From Squalus acanthias (lineage: Eukaryota): a DNA stretch of 64,000 nt. Numbering within the stretch: the stretch's first letter is position 1; every line of letters starts with the position of its first letter. Under the pieces are notes generated by a model that made no database searches, was not told the DNA's origin, and saw only the letters and a list, made by a program, of their open reading frames with translations. The position numbers and the translations under genes were made by a program. Location of the stretch: the NCBI GenBank assembly GCA_030390025.1, contig CM059434.1, forward strand, positions 43,834,001 through 43,898,000, written 5' to 3'. Shown here piece after piece: positions 12,773-25,597 of the stretch.

Positions 12773-13284
12773 TTTAGACACTGAGATAAAATGAATATGG
12801 AATGTGTCTAGGACATCAAAAACCAGAAAAGCTTTGCTCTATTATAATAATGGATGCGTTGTATATACAGTTTGATTATTCACTGCATAATTGGCCAATG
12901 CAACAGGCTGGTGAGTTACAGTCAGTACTACATGAGGTACTCTGAGTGGGTCAACCCAAATGGTAAAAGATCATCTACTCAGGTGGAGTCACAGTGAAAC
13001 TCTTCCATTCAAATTCATAGTGGATGTAAAAAAAGAGGTTTAACTACATACAAACACGAGTGCCATTGTCTAAGGCATTGAACTAAAAAAGTGAAGTCCT
13101 TTCCCTACAGACAATGTACAACCATTTCTATGAGGAGTTTCTAGTCTCATCCCTCTACTTACTATGGAATTAGGTTAATTACATATCTAGATTAACTGGT
13201 TGTTCCCTTTTTTGTTTTGGAATGTTTTCCTCAAAATACTATTTTCTCCTAAGAATCAAACAACAATTGAAAATGGTGACATAC

Positions 13285-13374
13285 CTTTGATTTCACCAAG
13301 TATCTCCCCTGTATTGAGCCCAGCCATCTTCTCCTTCCAGTCCTTAGAGAGAAACTTCTCGACACAGGATGATT
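13285..13374 (-). CDS. SOX6: Internal 90-nt coding exon of a SoxD transcription factor, most similar to SOX6 (just upstream of the coiled-coil/leucine-zipper region)
   Basis: Minus strand reads gttatgttttttctccacag|AATCATCC...GAAATCAAAG|gtatgt: polypyrimidine tract, AG acceptor and GT donor, phase 1-1. Translation (E)[29 protein letters not shown](G) matches recalled SOX6 [30 protein letters not shown] better than SOX5 ([21 protein letters not shown]). Confidence 0.92.
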
Positions 13375-14089
13375 CTGTGGAGAAAAAACATAACACATTA
13401 TGAAGAAGAAACAATACTGCTGCCTAGTGAAAATATGTTGATCCCTTTACAGAATATGCATTACATTTGATCGACATCTGAATTAATGAATAGCTCACAT
13501 ATTGTGCTAACATAATGAACATTTATCACCACTTGGTTACTAAACAGTAACTCCCCAAATTCCATTAATAATTGCCGAGACTTTCATTCCATTTGGCCAC
13601 GTGTAAACCATGAGTTCATGGGCCCAGAACACAAAGCAGCCTTCAGTTTGCACTAAATTGACAGTTACATGATAGTTGGTGTGAGAAACAGAACATTTCT
13701 GAGGTTGGCCTGAAGCACAGTGTTTGGGGCAGAGTGGAGCCGTTTTACCTGATCCCGACATTGGGAGCCCAAATAGAAAATGTTCTGCTTCCCAGCACCA
13801 ACAACCTTCACCTCAACAAGCAGACAAAAATTGCCTCTTCTTGCTGTAGTGTTTGATGGTTTAATCATGGAACGGTCCAAAGTGAGACATGTTATTCACA
13901 ATACTTGGTTACAAAACACTCTCCTATGAGCTGCTAGTTGGAGCAGTATTCTTCTGCAAATTAAATCCCACGTGGGCTTTTTTTCCCCCCATTCATCATC
14001 ACTTTCTACTTCCTATGCCAAGTCAGTTTTCTATCCAGCCAGTTAATTTGCCATTAATTCTATGCCTTGATCAGTTTTGGAAGCTTTGT

Positions 14090-14810
14090 GTGTAGAACTT
14101 CATCAAAATGCCTTCTGAAAATCCAAGTAAACTGCACCTACTCATTTAGTTACCTGCTCGAAGAATTCCAGTGAATTTGTGAGGCATAAACTATTGCCTC
14201 TAAATCCATGATGACTATTCCTTATGGCTCCTTTATTCTTTACGTGAACATTGATAGCATCTCATAAAATGCTCTCAACCATTTTTCCCATTATGGATGT
14301 TAAGTGAACTTGTCCGTAATTCCCCGATTCATCTCTTGCTTTTTTCTTTATATTGGGAATAACATTTACTAATTCCCATATATATGGAGCTCGCAAAAAC
14401 ATTAACCAGAACCTCACTCGTTTCCTTAAGGATTCTGGAGCGCATCCCATCTGCTCCAGGTGCCTTGTACGCATTTAATTCTTCAAGTTTCTTTATTGCA
14501 CATGCTTTACTAATATCTACATATGTTACAGATTGCTGAGCCAAAATAACTGAATCTGAAATTTGGCCACAGCCTTCATTTGTGAAAATGGACATGAAGA
14601 ATTAATTTAACACATCAGCCATTTCCTGATCCTCCATAGTATTTCTAACCCATGTATCCCTTAAAGGCCCTATCTGCTCTTTCTCACTCCGTTTACATCT
14701 TATATGGCCAAAAAATGACTGTGAATTCCTCTTGTTGCTCTCTATAGCTTTCATTCTGACTGTCCATTTACCTATTCCAACATTTGTTTTAATTAGCCTC
14801 AAATGACGTG
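14090..14810 (-). mobile_element. Old CR1 LINE ORF2 fragment
   Basis: Frameshifted remnants FFGHIRCKR..EQIGPL..EMADVLN, KAPGADGM, GNY..LTSIMGKMVESIL. Confidence 0.8.
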
Positions 14811-14854
14811 GCATCAATCCACACTACTCTGCATTCTGGTAACCTCTGCTGTCC

Positions 14855-15130
14855 CAGCCTCTTCTCTTCTGCTGAAGCAACTGGTGCTGGGGTATAGGTC
14901 CACAGGTATCAGCCACCTTTCAGCATCTCATTTGAGTAGCAAATCTTCATGCGCGAGCCTAGTTGGGTGAGTATCAGCAGACTATTCAACTGTGAAGGGC
15001 ATCACAGCTGAGCCTGATCCTGTCCTGACCCAACATCCACACGTGCACACACTTCCTTGCAGGATAAAGATTAGCAGCAGGAACTCTTGGCTGATTTTCC
15101 CATCTCCCGCCCACTTGTACTGCCCCAACT
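14855..15130 (-). mobile_element. Old SINE family A
   Basis: Reverse-complement family body (cttcatgcgcgagcctag...cctgatcctgtcctgacccaacatccacac). Confidence 0.6.
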
Positions 15131-16079
15131 CCCACTCCAACTAAGTGTTTCCCATATTTTCTAAAATACTTGGCCTTTAGGTTGTTCTTGATCTCCTCAG
15201 TGTGCTGCAATAATCTTGACCTTGTTATTTTTCTTGTAGGGATATACTTGCTTTCTTTCTTCAAGGAACTCTTGCAAAAATAAAATCCATTTTTCTTCTG
15301 TTATTTTGCTTCCTAGTTTAACTTCCCCTTTAATCCTCCCTATTTCTCATTCTCTTTGTCAGTTTGCAAGGCACAATCAAGCGTTTGTTGGCTCACCACT
15401 CATTTGTCGCAGATGAGGTTTTTTTCTCATTTTAATGAGGATTAGCGGGTTTTCATCACGGAACTGTCCAACTGCGAATCAAAGGTAACTTTGCACCTCC
15501 TCAAGATCCGCAGTTAACTTGTCGGCCCAGTACAGTATTTCTCTGTTAGGTTGTTGTTATTCCAGGTTTATTCTATGATTCCAAGTTTGAGAGTCTTTAT
15601 TTTAGCACAATAGTCATTATTATTAGAAAGTTAAAACCTTGGTTTATTATGTAACAGATCGGAATAGATTCTGGAGTAACCCATTCACTCAATTAATCCA
15701 AAGTGACAGCCACACTTTGGAACCAGAATAGTTCCAGAAGCTCGGAGCATTTGGAAAATATGTTGAGAAAGTTAAGCCTTTAACCTTTCTGAAGGGCAGG
15801 AAAACAGATATTAAAATCAGCATTTCTGTTGTGTGAGAAAGTTTGCATTTGCTTTTGTTTTGTTTTTCCTTTTTGAAGTTTGTTTCATTTTTCTGATGCA
15901 GTGGTTCTCATTGATCTCTTCAGCAAATAACAATAAATATCAGCATGGATGATATATATTAAAAAAAACCTGAATCTTGGAATCCACTGCTGTACATCTT
16001 TTAAAAATGTTTACAAACGAACAATCATCTTTTCTCATCCCAATCCAACCACCGCCCCCCCCCCGCCCCACCCCCAATT

Positions 16080-16388
16080 TGCTCTCCGCAAACATTGATC
16101 CTTGCTGGGTACGAGTTTATCCAGTACTAGCACCCTTCCAGGACCTCGCCAAAATGACCATTAAACATATGCAAAGCTGAACAGTGAATGTCAGCAGGCT
16201 AGTCAACCTGTGATGAGTTTGAACTCAACCTGTTTGCACCCAATATCCATATGCACATTCCAGGAGGGATTGCCGGAAAGTGATTAGGAGTTGGAATCCT
16301 GACCGATTCTTTCCCCTTTTCCCTATCCAGTTAGACCAAAGCCAAATGCACTGTTCCTACCTACAGCCTAACTGAGATCAGCTAACAG
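16080..16388 (-). mobile_element. Old SINE family A
   Basis: Decayed reverse-complement body ending gagatcagctaac; the matching head-like piece lies at about 17180-17275, beyond the L2 fragment. Confidence 0.55.
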
Positions 16389-16389
16389 C

Positions 16390-17160
16390 AACAACTTGCA
16401 TTTCTATAGCACCTTTAACATAGAGATCATTCTTAAGAGAGATTTAGAGAAGGAATTCCAGAGAGTAGGACACAGGTGACTGAAGGCTCTGCCACCAATG
16501 GAGGGATGAAGAGAGAGGGTGAATGCATAGAAGGTCAAAGACCAAGGAACAGAGTGTTGGGCGAATATTGGGCTGGAGGAGGTTGCAGAGATAGGATGGG
16601 GTGAGGCCATGCAGGGATTTGAAGATGAGGATGAGGATTTTAAATGCCATGTTTCGGGGAATGGCAAGGCAGTGTAGGTTGGCGAGGACAGGGGGGACAG
16701 GCGAGCGGGAGAATGTATGTGGCAGAGATTTGCATAAATGTAAGTTTATGAGAGTGACAGGAAGGGAGGCCAGAAACTTGGGAGTAGTTGAGACTGGGGG
16801 TGACAAAGGGTTTCAGCAATGGATGGGCAGAGGTTGAGGGGGCTGGAAGTAACTTTTTGTGGTGGAAGTGCTATGGGGTCAGAATCTAAGCTCCAAATAA
16901 GACACCAAGGTTACAAACCGTGTGACTCAGCCTGAAACAATGGCTAGGAAGGCGAGGAAGGAATTGATGGCAAGGAAGCGGAGTTTATGGTGGGGGTCCC
17001 CAAGACAATGGCTTTGGTCTTCCAGAGATTGAACTGGAGGAAGTTGCGACTCATCCAAGTCTGAATATCTGGCAAGCAGTCTGACAGCACAGAGATGATT
17101 TAGGGGCTGATAAGAGGTGGTGGAGAGGTAGAGCGGGGCGTCATCAGCATACATGTGAAA
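16390..17160 (-). mobile_element. L2-type LINE 3' end
   Basis: MYADD..LYLST, PVLANLHCL..FKILILIFKSLHGLTPSYLCNLLQ and GGRAFS...LWNS motifs; tail aggtgctatagaaatgcaagttg on minus strand. Confidence 0.85.
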
Positions 17161-20100
17161 GCAGACCCCATGCCTGCAGGTAATAATCCCGCAGACCAGG
17201 GATCAAACCTGGGACCTTTTTGTCTATATGGCTCAGTACCATCTCAGGCAGTACATTTACCCACTGAACTATCTGGGTGCCCCTTTTGTTTCCAAAAAAT
17301 GCTGTTAAATTTTCTTGTTTCATTTTCTCCTTTACGAGTTTGTCTTTGCATAACCAGTTCCATTCCCCATCACTGTAAGCTTGGATTTGTTATGCAGTTT
17401 TATGTCACGTAACCAGAGAAGGCATTTTACCGAAAAATAATATCAGTGATTATATTCTTATAATAAAAATATTTGGTCCTTCAATTTTGGAAAAATAACA
17501 ATCATTTGGAAAGAAGAAAAACAGTATTGTTTGGAACATTCTGTCTATGCTGCCTTATTGACGCAGTTTGCTGTTTATTCAAAGAAGAAGAGTTATCTTA
17601 GGCTGACAGCTTTAGAAAGGTGGATCAGAAGACTGTCTGCACTGATAAGCAACACTACAAAGTAAACGTAAAAGCAAGCACTAGGTAAAAGATGACATGA
17701 AGTACACACTATCAGCACCCAGCAATGAAAACAATTAACATCTCTTCCCGCTGTAATAAATCAGGCCAGGAATTGCTGGAATTCCGCTTTCTGTCGCAAG
17801 GACTATGATAAAAAGCATGTTGCTAACTATCAGACCCTGGGCTCTGAAGTCTTCTTCGAAGCTAGGGGTCAGCTTGTTCTCATCAAGTTGAACTTTTTCT
17901 TGTGCAGTCTCGCGTGTTTTTTTTTGACAGCACAGATCAGTGCCGGGACCCAGACATTGAAAACTAAAGACAGAAGATCAAAGGATGCTTACCAAGGCTG
18001 GTGTGCCTCCCCATTAAAAAATACATGCAATATTGCATAAATAAATTGACTCGCTGAGTTTTATCCCTGTGGGGTGGCACTAGTAGGCAGTCTGGGCCTA
18101 TAAATCTGGAAACAGCGGTATCTGGGAACAATTGCGCTCTGTATTTGTCCTGCTCCATTTTGATATGAAAGGTTACAGTGTTCAAAGCAAAGCACTAACC
18201 ATGTTGCGCAGCAAGAATTGGGCTGTTCCAGAAATTAAGGAAAATAATGATAATGGATTGGATTCTTGTTTTGCATCATTTAATTTGCACATTTACAAAA
18301 ATAGCCATGAGACCAAACATATCTAATCTTTGCTTGTCATCTCCATTCTCAAAAAAAAATTAAAGTCTTTAATTTACAAAATGGGGTAAAGAAGAAAACT
18401 CAGAGGATTTCTGATGTTACAATTTCTGTCTCCTTCACTAATCAAGAACCTAATATAAAAATAGCCTTCACTAGATTGGGGAGATCGAAAATCATTCTGA
18501 CGTTTGCCACCGCTAAATACCAACTTTGCCTACATAACAATACTCACTGCCCTCCAAGATTAAATCATCACACAAAGTGTTTTGAGACATTTTAACAACT
18601 TAATAAGGTGCTTTAGAAACACAAGTCTTTAATTTCTTTTGTTTCTCTTCAGATGGGTGTCAGCACCTCCAAGGGTAGCAGGATTAACGCAGCAAAGGAA
18701 ACAGGTCAAATTCATGGCAACACCTCAAAACATTTTTAAGCATTAGTTGAGCACCAGCATAAGACCCTCTCTCTGTAACATCACCCTCACTCTAACGTCC
18801 TGTGACCTCTTGTGTAATGGTTTATGGCTTCCTCGCTAATCAAAAACCCATGTAAAGATAATCCTCAATATAATAGGCAGATATGACAGCATTCTACCAG
18901 GTGGACCTTGAGAGCCACCGGCCTTTTAGTTTCAAATTGATCGCGATGACCTTCCAAAGTGAAGGTGAAGCACCTCAAAGAAAAGGGACGGGTCAAATCT
19001 GTGGCAGCACCTCAAACATTTGTAATCACTTCATAAGCACCAGCAAACAGGATTACAGGATTAGTCACCAACATCAAACATGTCATTTCCGGGTCAATCT
19101 ATGCTTGGGAAAGGGAAATCCATCTCATTTCAGCTGCTAACAGTTGGTGCTGTGTATACTACAGCTATAACAGAACTGCAATCAGAGGAGTGAACAAGTG
19201 AACGCCGAGAGTTAGCCACCATGGGCTTTTAATGACAGTGAATGGTCAGTATTATATAGTAGTCTTAACCTTGGTACAAAGGGCTTCAGCAACTATACAG
19301 AGCATTATGCATGAACAGCAGTGTACAACTTGAGCTGTAAATGTGATCTGGCCCAGCCACAGGAACCACAGATGGGACTCTGCAGTCCTCCTTAGAACTG
19401 CAGCCATCAATTTATTCCTGGCTTTACAACCTGATCTCTTATTATCTAGTTGAAGAGAAGATAGTATCAAAAGCTATGGAACCTCAGCAGTAACGTAGCG
19501 ATCAAACTTCTGCACTGGATTCTGATTCCAATGTTTGAAGTGATCAGTCCAGAATTGCAATGGACTAAACTTCAGGAAATGTTTCAAAATGTTTGATCCA
19601 CAATTGAGGTTTACGTGCAGTTGAATTTTCAGGCCATCCCATAATAAACAGGCATGCCTCAAATGATTTTTCATCTTTGTTGTGCCAGGTTCAGGAGAGC
19701 GGCGCTATGCTGCCAGCCTTCCTGCCATGCTCTCCCGTTTACCTTTTCACTCAGTGCTATTCTCCGTCAGGTATCGGCCGGAGGTGGAGCTGGCACGACC
19801 TGCCGCAGTTCCCAACACCCACCAAAAAGTGGGTCTCTGCTGTCACCAGAACAAGGCAAGTCGGGCTGGTAGGTTTCTAAGTGCAGCCAGCAGCGGAAGA
19901 ATGACACACATAGAGCTACCTGCACTTTTACAATGTAAAACCACCTTAATTGAGGTGCTATAGCACAGGTATGTCAACTGCTATTGCAATTACAGCATTA
20001 GCCCCTTAGTATAATACTCACTGATAGCCTACACTCTCTAATGATATAACACGCTAATATTAGTAGCTCCATCAGTGAAAATATTGTATTTACAACACAA

Positions 20101-20880
20101 CATATCACAATATAGTGCAATGATATTCTACAATGTGCATCTTTACATCAGCATCTGACCTTCCCTTTATAATACTTTCCGACATCCTGCAACCTCCAAT
20201 ATCAGTATGTTATCAATCATAGTTGAAGAGAGTCCATATAACCCTCTCTTTACAACACCCCCATGCTACAGCACATTTTTTAAGGAGTTTCAAAAGCTGA
20301 TGCGACTGAGAGTGTCCACTAAACATTGCTGCTTACGCCTGCTCCTATTCTGTGTGGAAATGTAAACAGTGAACAATACCATAGGTTGTAGGAATTTAAA
20401 CATAAATGGAGGTCATACAGGGCAACCGCCCATCTGGTTTTGAACTTGACAGTCCAAGAAAGAAAGAGAGAAAGAACTTGCATGTATATAGCACCTCTCA
20501 CGAGCCAATGAATTACTTTTGACGTGTAGTCACTGTTGTAATGTAGCATAACAGTTTTGGGAGGTGACCATCTGCTCATTTTAATAATTGAAATCTGGAC
20601 AGAAAAAGTTTTGTGTTCATTTGCTTAACTTTAACAAGTAGTGCAGGCATGCACGAGCAAGGTTTGATTTGTTTTCCCACATAAACACGTGGGCCCACTT
20701 GGTGTTTCACACTCATGTATGCCCAAATTCAAAACGTGCGCATGCAAACAGTATTTTTTATGACCGTCCCTGTCTAATGTTCAACTGGGCAAAAAGTGGT
20801 CATCATAGGCCACTGGTCATGGTTCTCAGCATCTCACCTGGCAAACCCATACTTTTAAAGAGTTCACACCCAAACCATTA

Positions 20881-21583
20881 GGGGCTAGAAATTCGGTGCC
20901 TTAGTGCCTCCAGTTATCGCCTCCAGGGGGCGATAACGGGACGCTAAGGTCTTACCGCCAGGGTGCGGCGATGTTACCGCCGCCCGCGAAATTCACCTGC
21001 CGGTTTGCGGTGGCGGTAACCCTTATCGCCGTGCCCGCCTGCGGCCAGAGCTTGTGACTCATCCGGCCGCGCATCTCCCCGGTAGCGTCCCGGACCCGAA
21101 ATTCATTTCCGCCCCCTGAACCATCGGCAGGCGAAAACAACGCCAGCTTCAGGGGATGTGCATCGGGCGACCAGCCACTTCGGGGGGACGATGCTTAAAG
21201 GTGAGGTGGCCGAGGTAAGTAAAAAAAAAAACTTACCTTTTTTGATCCGGTTTTTTTCACGGGTTCCTGCCCGCAATCGATCAGCCTGGCACTCTGAGTG
21301 AGTGCCGGGCTGATCACGTGGGTTTGCCGCTCCCTTGATGGTCCAGGTAGGTGCCCTTTCTATTGCAGAGCCTGCAGCGATGGCCCTTCCCTTTAAGGGA
21401 GGGAAGGAGCCTTCCAACGTGGCAGCGCTGCACGGCCCAGTGTGCAGTGCTGCAGAACTCCCCGCCCCGCCTGCTGCCGATCCACCTCCCTCTTGGAGCG
21501 AGGAAACCACATTTTTTTAAAGTTAGAAAAACATAACGCCTGGCGCTAATTTTTCAAACCTTTAAAAGCTATCGTCCCAAAAC
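20881..21583. mobile_element. GC-rich MITE, right TIR missing
   Basis: Starts ggggctagaaattcgg (TIR type shared with other MITEs here); CpG-rich; abuts a Penelope terminal-repeat fragment at about 21586-21640. Confidence 0.65.
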
Positions 21584-24560
21584 AGCCTGTTCTCTCCACA
21601 GATACTGCCTGACCTATTGACTCACATTTTCTGTTTTTTGCCGTTTTTACAAATCTTACTCATTGTCTTGGACCAAGGGACGACAGATCGAGCACTTCAC
21701 ACAACATCAGAGGATGCCGCCTGATCACAAAAGCACACAATGTGATTGGCTCGCAGTGATTTACTCCTGGCTGCCTAGAACATGCTATTCTAACATAGGT
21801 ATAATGCATTATCAATCAATAACAGTTCACATTTGTGGAGCATTCAAAGACTGAATGAAATGGCTCTGTTATAATTAAGACTGTAACAGACTTATTTTTT
21901 TCAACAAAATTCTGTTGAATACCAAACAAGGGCAAACTTTAAACATCATTTCCCACCAGTTATAAAAGCTAACGGAGTACTAAGGGCACTCAACTAACAC
22001 AATTATACTGAGAAAGGACCCAAGCCTGCAACAACAGTGGATGTCCACCGCCATGTTATTATTTAGTTTTATAAGTTTTCTTTTTCCTGTATGGGTAAGG
22101 TTTTTTTTTAATTAGTTGTGGCCCTTTAAAAAGGGGGCACATTTATTTGCTTTTTAGTTGATGGGTTGCCCCAATGACTTCTTATTATTTTAGAAAGGCA
22201 ATAGGGAACGCAGAAAGGACTTTGAAGCGTTTCCAGATTTAGATTCGAAAGCTGCAACTTCAGCCGCAGCACTGTAATGAACGGAGTGCCTCTGCTGCCG
22301 TCAGTGGTGTGGACAACCATCTCGCGAGGTACTTTCACCTGCGCTGTCAACGGCAGCCTTCAGAGCTGGCCCAGCTACACAAAGAGCTACTGCTACCTGC
22401 CATTCTATCCAGTAGTTTTCACATCACTGCTCTGTACAAACCTTCCCCAACTATAGGTAAAAGTCCAGAAGCCACAATTAAAAGTCATCATCATAACTTC
22501 TGAACGATTACAATGTGCTATGAAATCCACCCTACGGTGTAAGTGGCAAAACCCTACAGTGCCAGCCACTGAGACAAAAAGAACCACTTCTGCATAATAT
22601 AAAGGCAACAAAAGAAAAGTCTGTTTAGTGTATGCTCCACTTTAACTGTACAGCTTGCTTAAAGGTGCCATTGTTCCTCGTTCCATTCAGTGAGAGTCTG
22701 TTCTGTGAAGTGCATTATAATAAGGGTCATTTTCGTCTTACTCTATGGGTTGCAGCCATAAACACAATGCCCTATGTAGATTAATGGCTCTATTGTTACC
22801 TCTTGTAAATGCTAATCTGTCAATTGTGTATCTAAACAGGTCACTTTAACACCTCATTATTCACTAACTTGAGGCTCACCACTGAGAATGTCATGCCTGT
22901 GATTTTCTGAGCTATACTGTGACTGTAAATATGAAGCAGAGTTTTTCTAAATAACTCTGTTTGATAGAAAGTACCTGCTACTTTAAAGGTATTTTTACAT
23001 TACAAGAGTGCAGCTGACTGTAGATGAAAATCTACATTTTCTGCTCCGTGAGAGAGCAGAATCTGTAGGACCTGCTCCCTTATGGAGAAAAGTAAATATG
23101 GAGAGCTGGCCCACATCTTGCCCTCTGGGTCTCCATATTAACAATGCAGCCCAGCAGGCCCACAGAGCATGACTCCCAAAGTGGAGAGCATGGAGGCCAC
23201 ACTCCTGAAACAGGATCCCAGAACTTTGCTTCCAAATTCCATCCTTCCCTCACCTTCACATGGTCCATCTCCGACTCTGCCCTTCCCTTCCTCGACTTCT
23301 CCGTCTCCATCTCTGGGGATAGGTTATTGACAAACATTCACTACAAGCCCACTGACTCCCACAGCTACCTGAACTACACTTCCTCCCACCCCGCCTCCTG
23401 TAAGGACTCTATTCCATTCTCCCAGTTTCTCCGTCTCCGCCGCATCTGTTCTGACGATGCCACCTTCCATACCAGTACTTCCAACATGTCTTCCTTTTTC
23501 CTCAACTGAGGATTCCCCTCTACAGTGGTTGACATGGCCCTTAACCGTGTCCGTTCTATCTCCCGCACTTCTGCCCTCACCCCTGCCCCTCCCTCCCGGA
23601 ACCACGATAGAGTTCCCCTTGTCCTCACCTTTCACCCCACCAGCCTTCACATTCAACGGATCATCCTCCTCCATTTCCGCCACCTCCAGCATGATCCCAC
23701 CACCAAACGCATCTTCCCCTCACCTCCCCTTTCAGCATTCCGAAGGGACCGCTCCCTCCGCTGGTCCTGGTCCACTGGTCCACTCCTCAATCACCCCTAA
23801 CAGCCCTTCCCCTTCGCAGGCACCTTCCCGTGCAAGCGCAGGAGATGCAACACCTGCCCTTTTACCTCCTCCCTTCCCACTGTCCAGGGCCCCAAACACC
23901 CCTTCCAGGTGAAACAGCGATTTACTTGTCCTTCTTGCAATTTAGTATACTGTATTTGCTGCTCACGATTTGGTCTCCTCTACATTGGGGAGACCAAACG
24001 CAGATTGAGTGACCGCTTTGCGGAACACCTCCGTTCAGTCCGTAAGGGTGACCCTGAGCTTCCGGTCGCCTGTCACTTTAATTCTCCGCTCCACTCCCAC
24101 TCTGATCTCTCTGTCCTCGGCATCTTACATTGTTCCAATGAAGCTCAATCTAAGCTCAAAGAACAACACCTCATCTTTTGATTAGGCACTTTACAGCCCT
24201 CTGGACTCAACATTGAGTTCAACAATTTCAGATCATAACCCCGGCCCCTACCATATATATATATATATTTTTTTTTTTCCCCACACTTTTTGTTTGGCCT
24301 TCTGTTCTTCTCTCCCACATGGCAGCTGTCTTTTAGTCTGCCAGTGCAATTTACACTTCATCTAGAGCCATCCTTTGTTCCTTAACCTGTCCCATTACCA
24401 TCCCCTTTTGCCTTGAATATCTCTTAATGTCTCTCAATGTCTCTTAATCTCTCCTGCTTTCTATCCTGTCACAGACCTTCCCTTTTGTTCTTTCATCCCC
24501 TCCCCCATTTCCCAGCCACTACACTTGCTTAAAAATCTGTTCCATTTCCTGCTTTTTTCC

Positions 24561-24596
24561 AGTTCTGACGAAGGTCATCGACCTGAAACGTTAACT
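24561..24596 (+). ncRNA. Minimal type I hammerhead ribozyme motif (Penelope terminal repeat)
   Basis: AGTT-CTGACGA-AGGTC(atc)GACCT-GAAA-CG-TT-AACT: stem I, conserved core, 5-bp stem II, palindromic ACGT stem III. Confidence 0.75.
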
Positions 24597-24825
24597 CTTT
24601 TTCTCTCTTCACAGATGCTGCCTGACCTGCTGAGTGTCTCCAGCATTTTCTGTTTTTATTTCAGATTTCCAGCAACTGCAGTATTTTCTTTTTGTCCCAG
24701 AACTCAATATTAAAGCACAAAAGCAAAAGCATCTTTCGTCTGCACACCCTGGATTATGGTCAAAAATTTGTGGAAAAATCACTTTTACACTTACAGGGGC
24801 GTGATCCTTATTAAAAAACATTTGC

Positions 24826-24864
24826 CAGTTCTGATGAAAGGTCATCGGCCTGAAATGTTAACTG
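24826..24864 (+). ncRNA. Second, partly decayed hammerhead motif
   Basis: CAGTT-CTGATGA-A-AGGTC(atc)GGCCT-GAAA-TG-TT-AACTG. Confidence 0.6.
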
Positions 24865-24988
24865 TTTCTCTCTTCACAGACGCTGCCTGATCTGCTGAGT
24901 ATTCCCAGCATTTATGTTTTTATGCCAGAACTTTTGTTGTATGCAGATAGAGAAGCAAATTTTGTCACACTGACATCATAGTGTCATA

Positions 24989-25586
24989 GGGGGAAAAATT
25001 GAGTTGCACTACCTTTGGGGTGCTAACTTCGCCGAGGCGCTCCCAAAAAAATTAGTACCCCCGCGGCTGAAATTGAATGGTTGCGCCCCAAGAAGGAAGT
25101 GGGGTGCTACTAGAAGCGCCCCGCCTCCCTCTTGGGGCGCTGTGAGGGAATATCGCAGCGCTACGGTGCTGCGGTACTGTAGGCCTTCCTCCCCTTCTTA
25201 AAGGGGAGGGGCCTGGTGCAGCGTGTCCCAGCGCCCAGCTGGGCCACCAGGGATCAGGAGTGCCGGCAAACGAGCCCGGCACTCCTGAGCAGCCGGCACC
25301 CCGCGGGGGGTTTTCACGGGGACCGGGGACGGCAACGGGGGCAGGTGCTGGCAGGCGGCCAGCAACAAAAATGGCCGCCCGCCACCTCCCCTTTAACTAG
25401 CGCTGCCCCGGCCGCAGGTAGACCCCACTGACATAACGTCCGGTGGTAAGTCGGGGGTCGCCACCGAAGATCATGGCCGGGGCGCTGCGTATGGCGATGA
25501 CGTCATCGCCGGCGGCGCAGCACCGCAGGGCGCTAGCGGTTACCGCTGCCCTAACGGGAGGCGCAAAGCAACCGAATTTTTCCCCC
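24989..25586. mobile_element. Complete GC-rich MITE, PIF/Harbinger-type
   Basis: 19-bp TIRs GGGGGAAAAATTGAGTTGC and GCAACCGAATTTTTCCCCC (2 mismatches); 3-bp TSD ATA at 24986-24988 and 25587-25589. Confidence 0.85.
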
Positions 25587-25597
25587 ATAGAGTCATA

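Larger units (their letters stand above)
23219..24925 (+). mobile_element. 5'-truncated Penelope-like element: RT thumb, GIY-YIG endonuclease and tandem terminal repeats
   Basis: FHPSLTFT...LPFLD...YKPTDSHSYL..SSHP...IPFSQFLRLRRICS; NLVYCICC...YIGETKRRLSDRFAEH (GIY-YIG); stops and frameshifts; terminal repeat at about 24558-24690 and 24824-24925. Confidence 0.92.

Noticed and set aside
20881-21583. CpG island or promoter
   Set aside because: Begins with a TIR-like sequence and resembles the other GC-rich MITEs.
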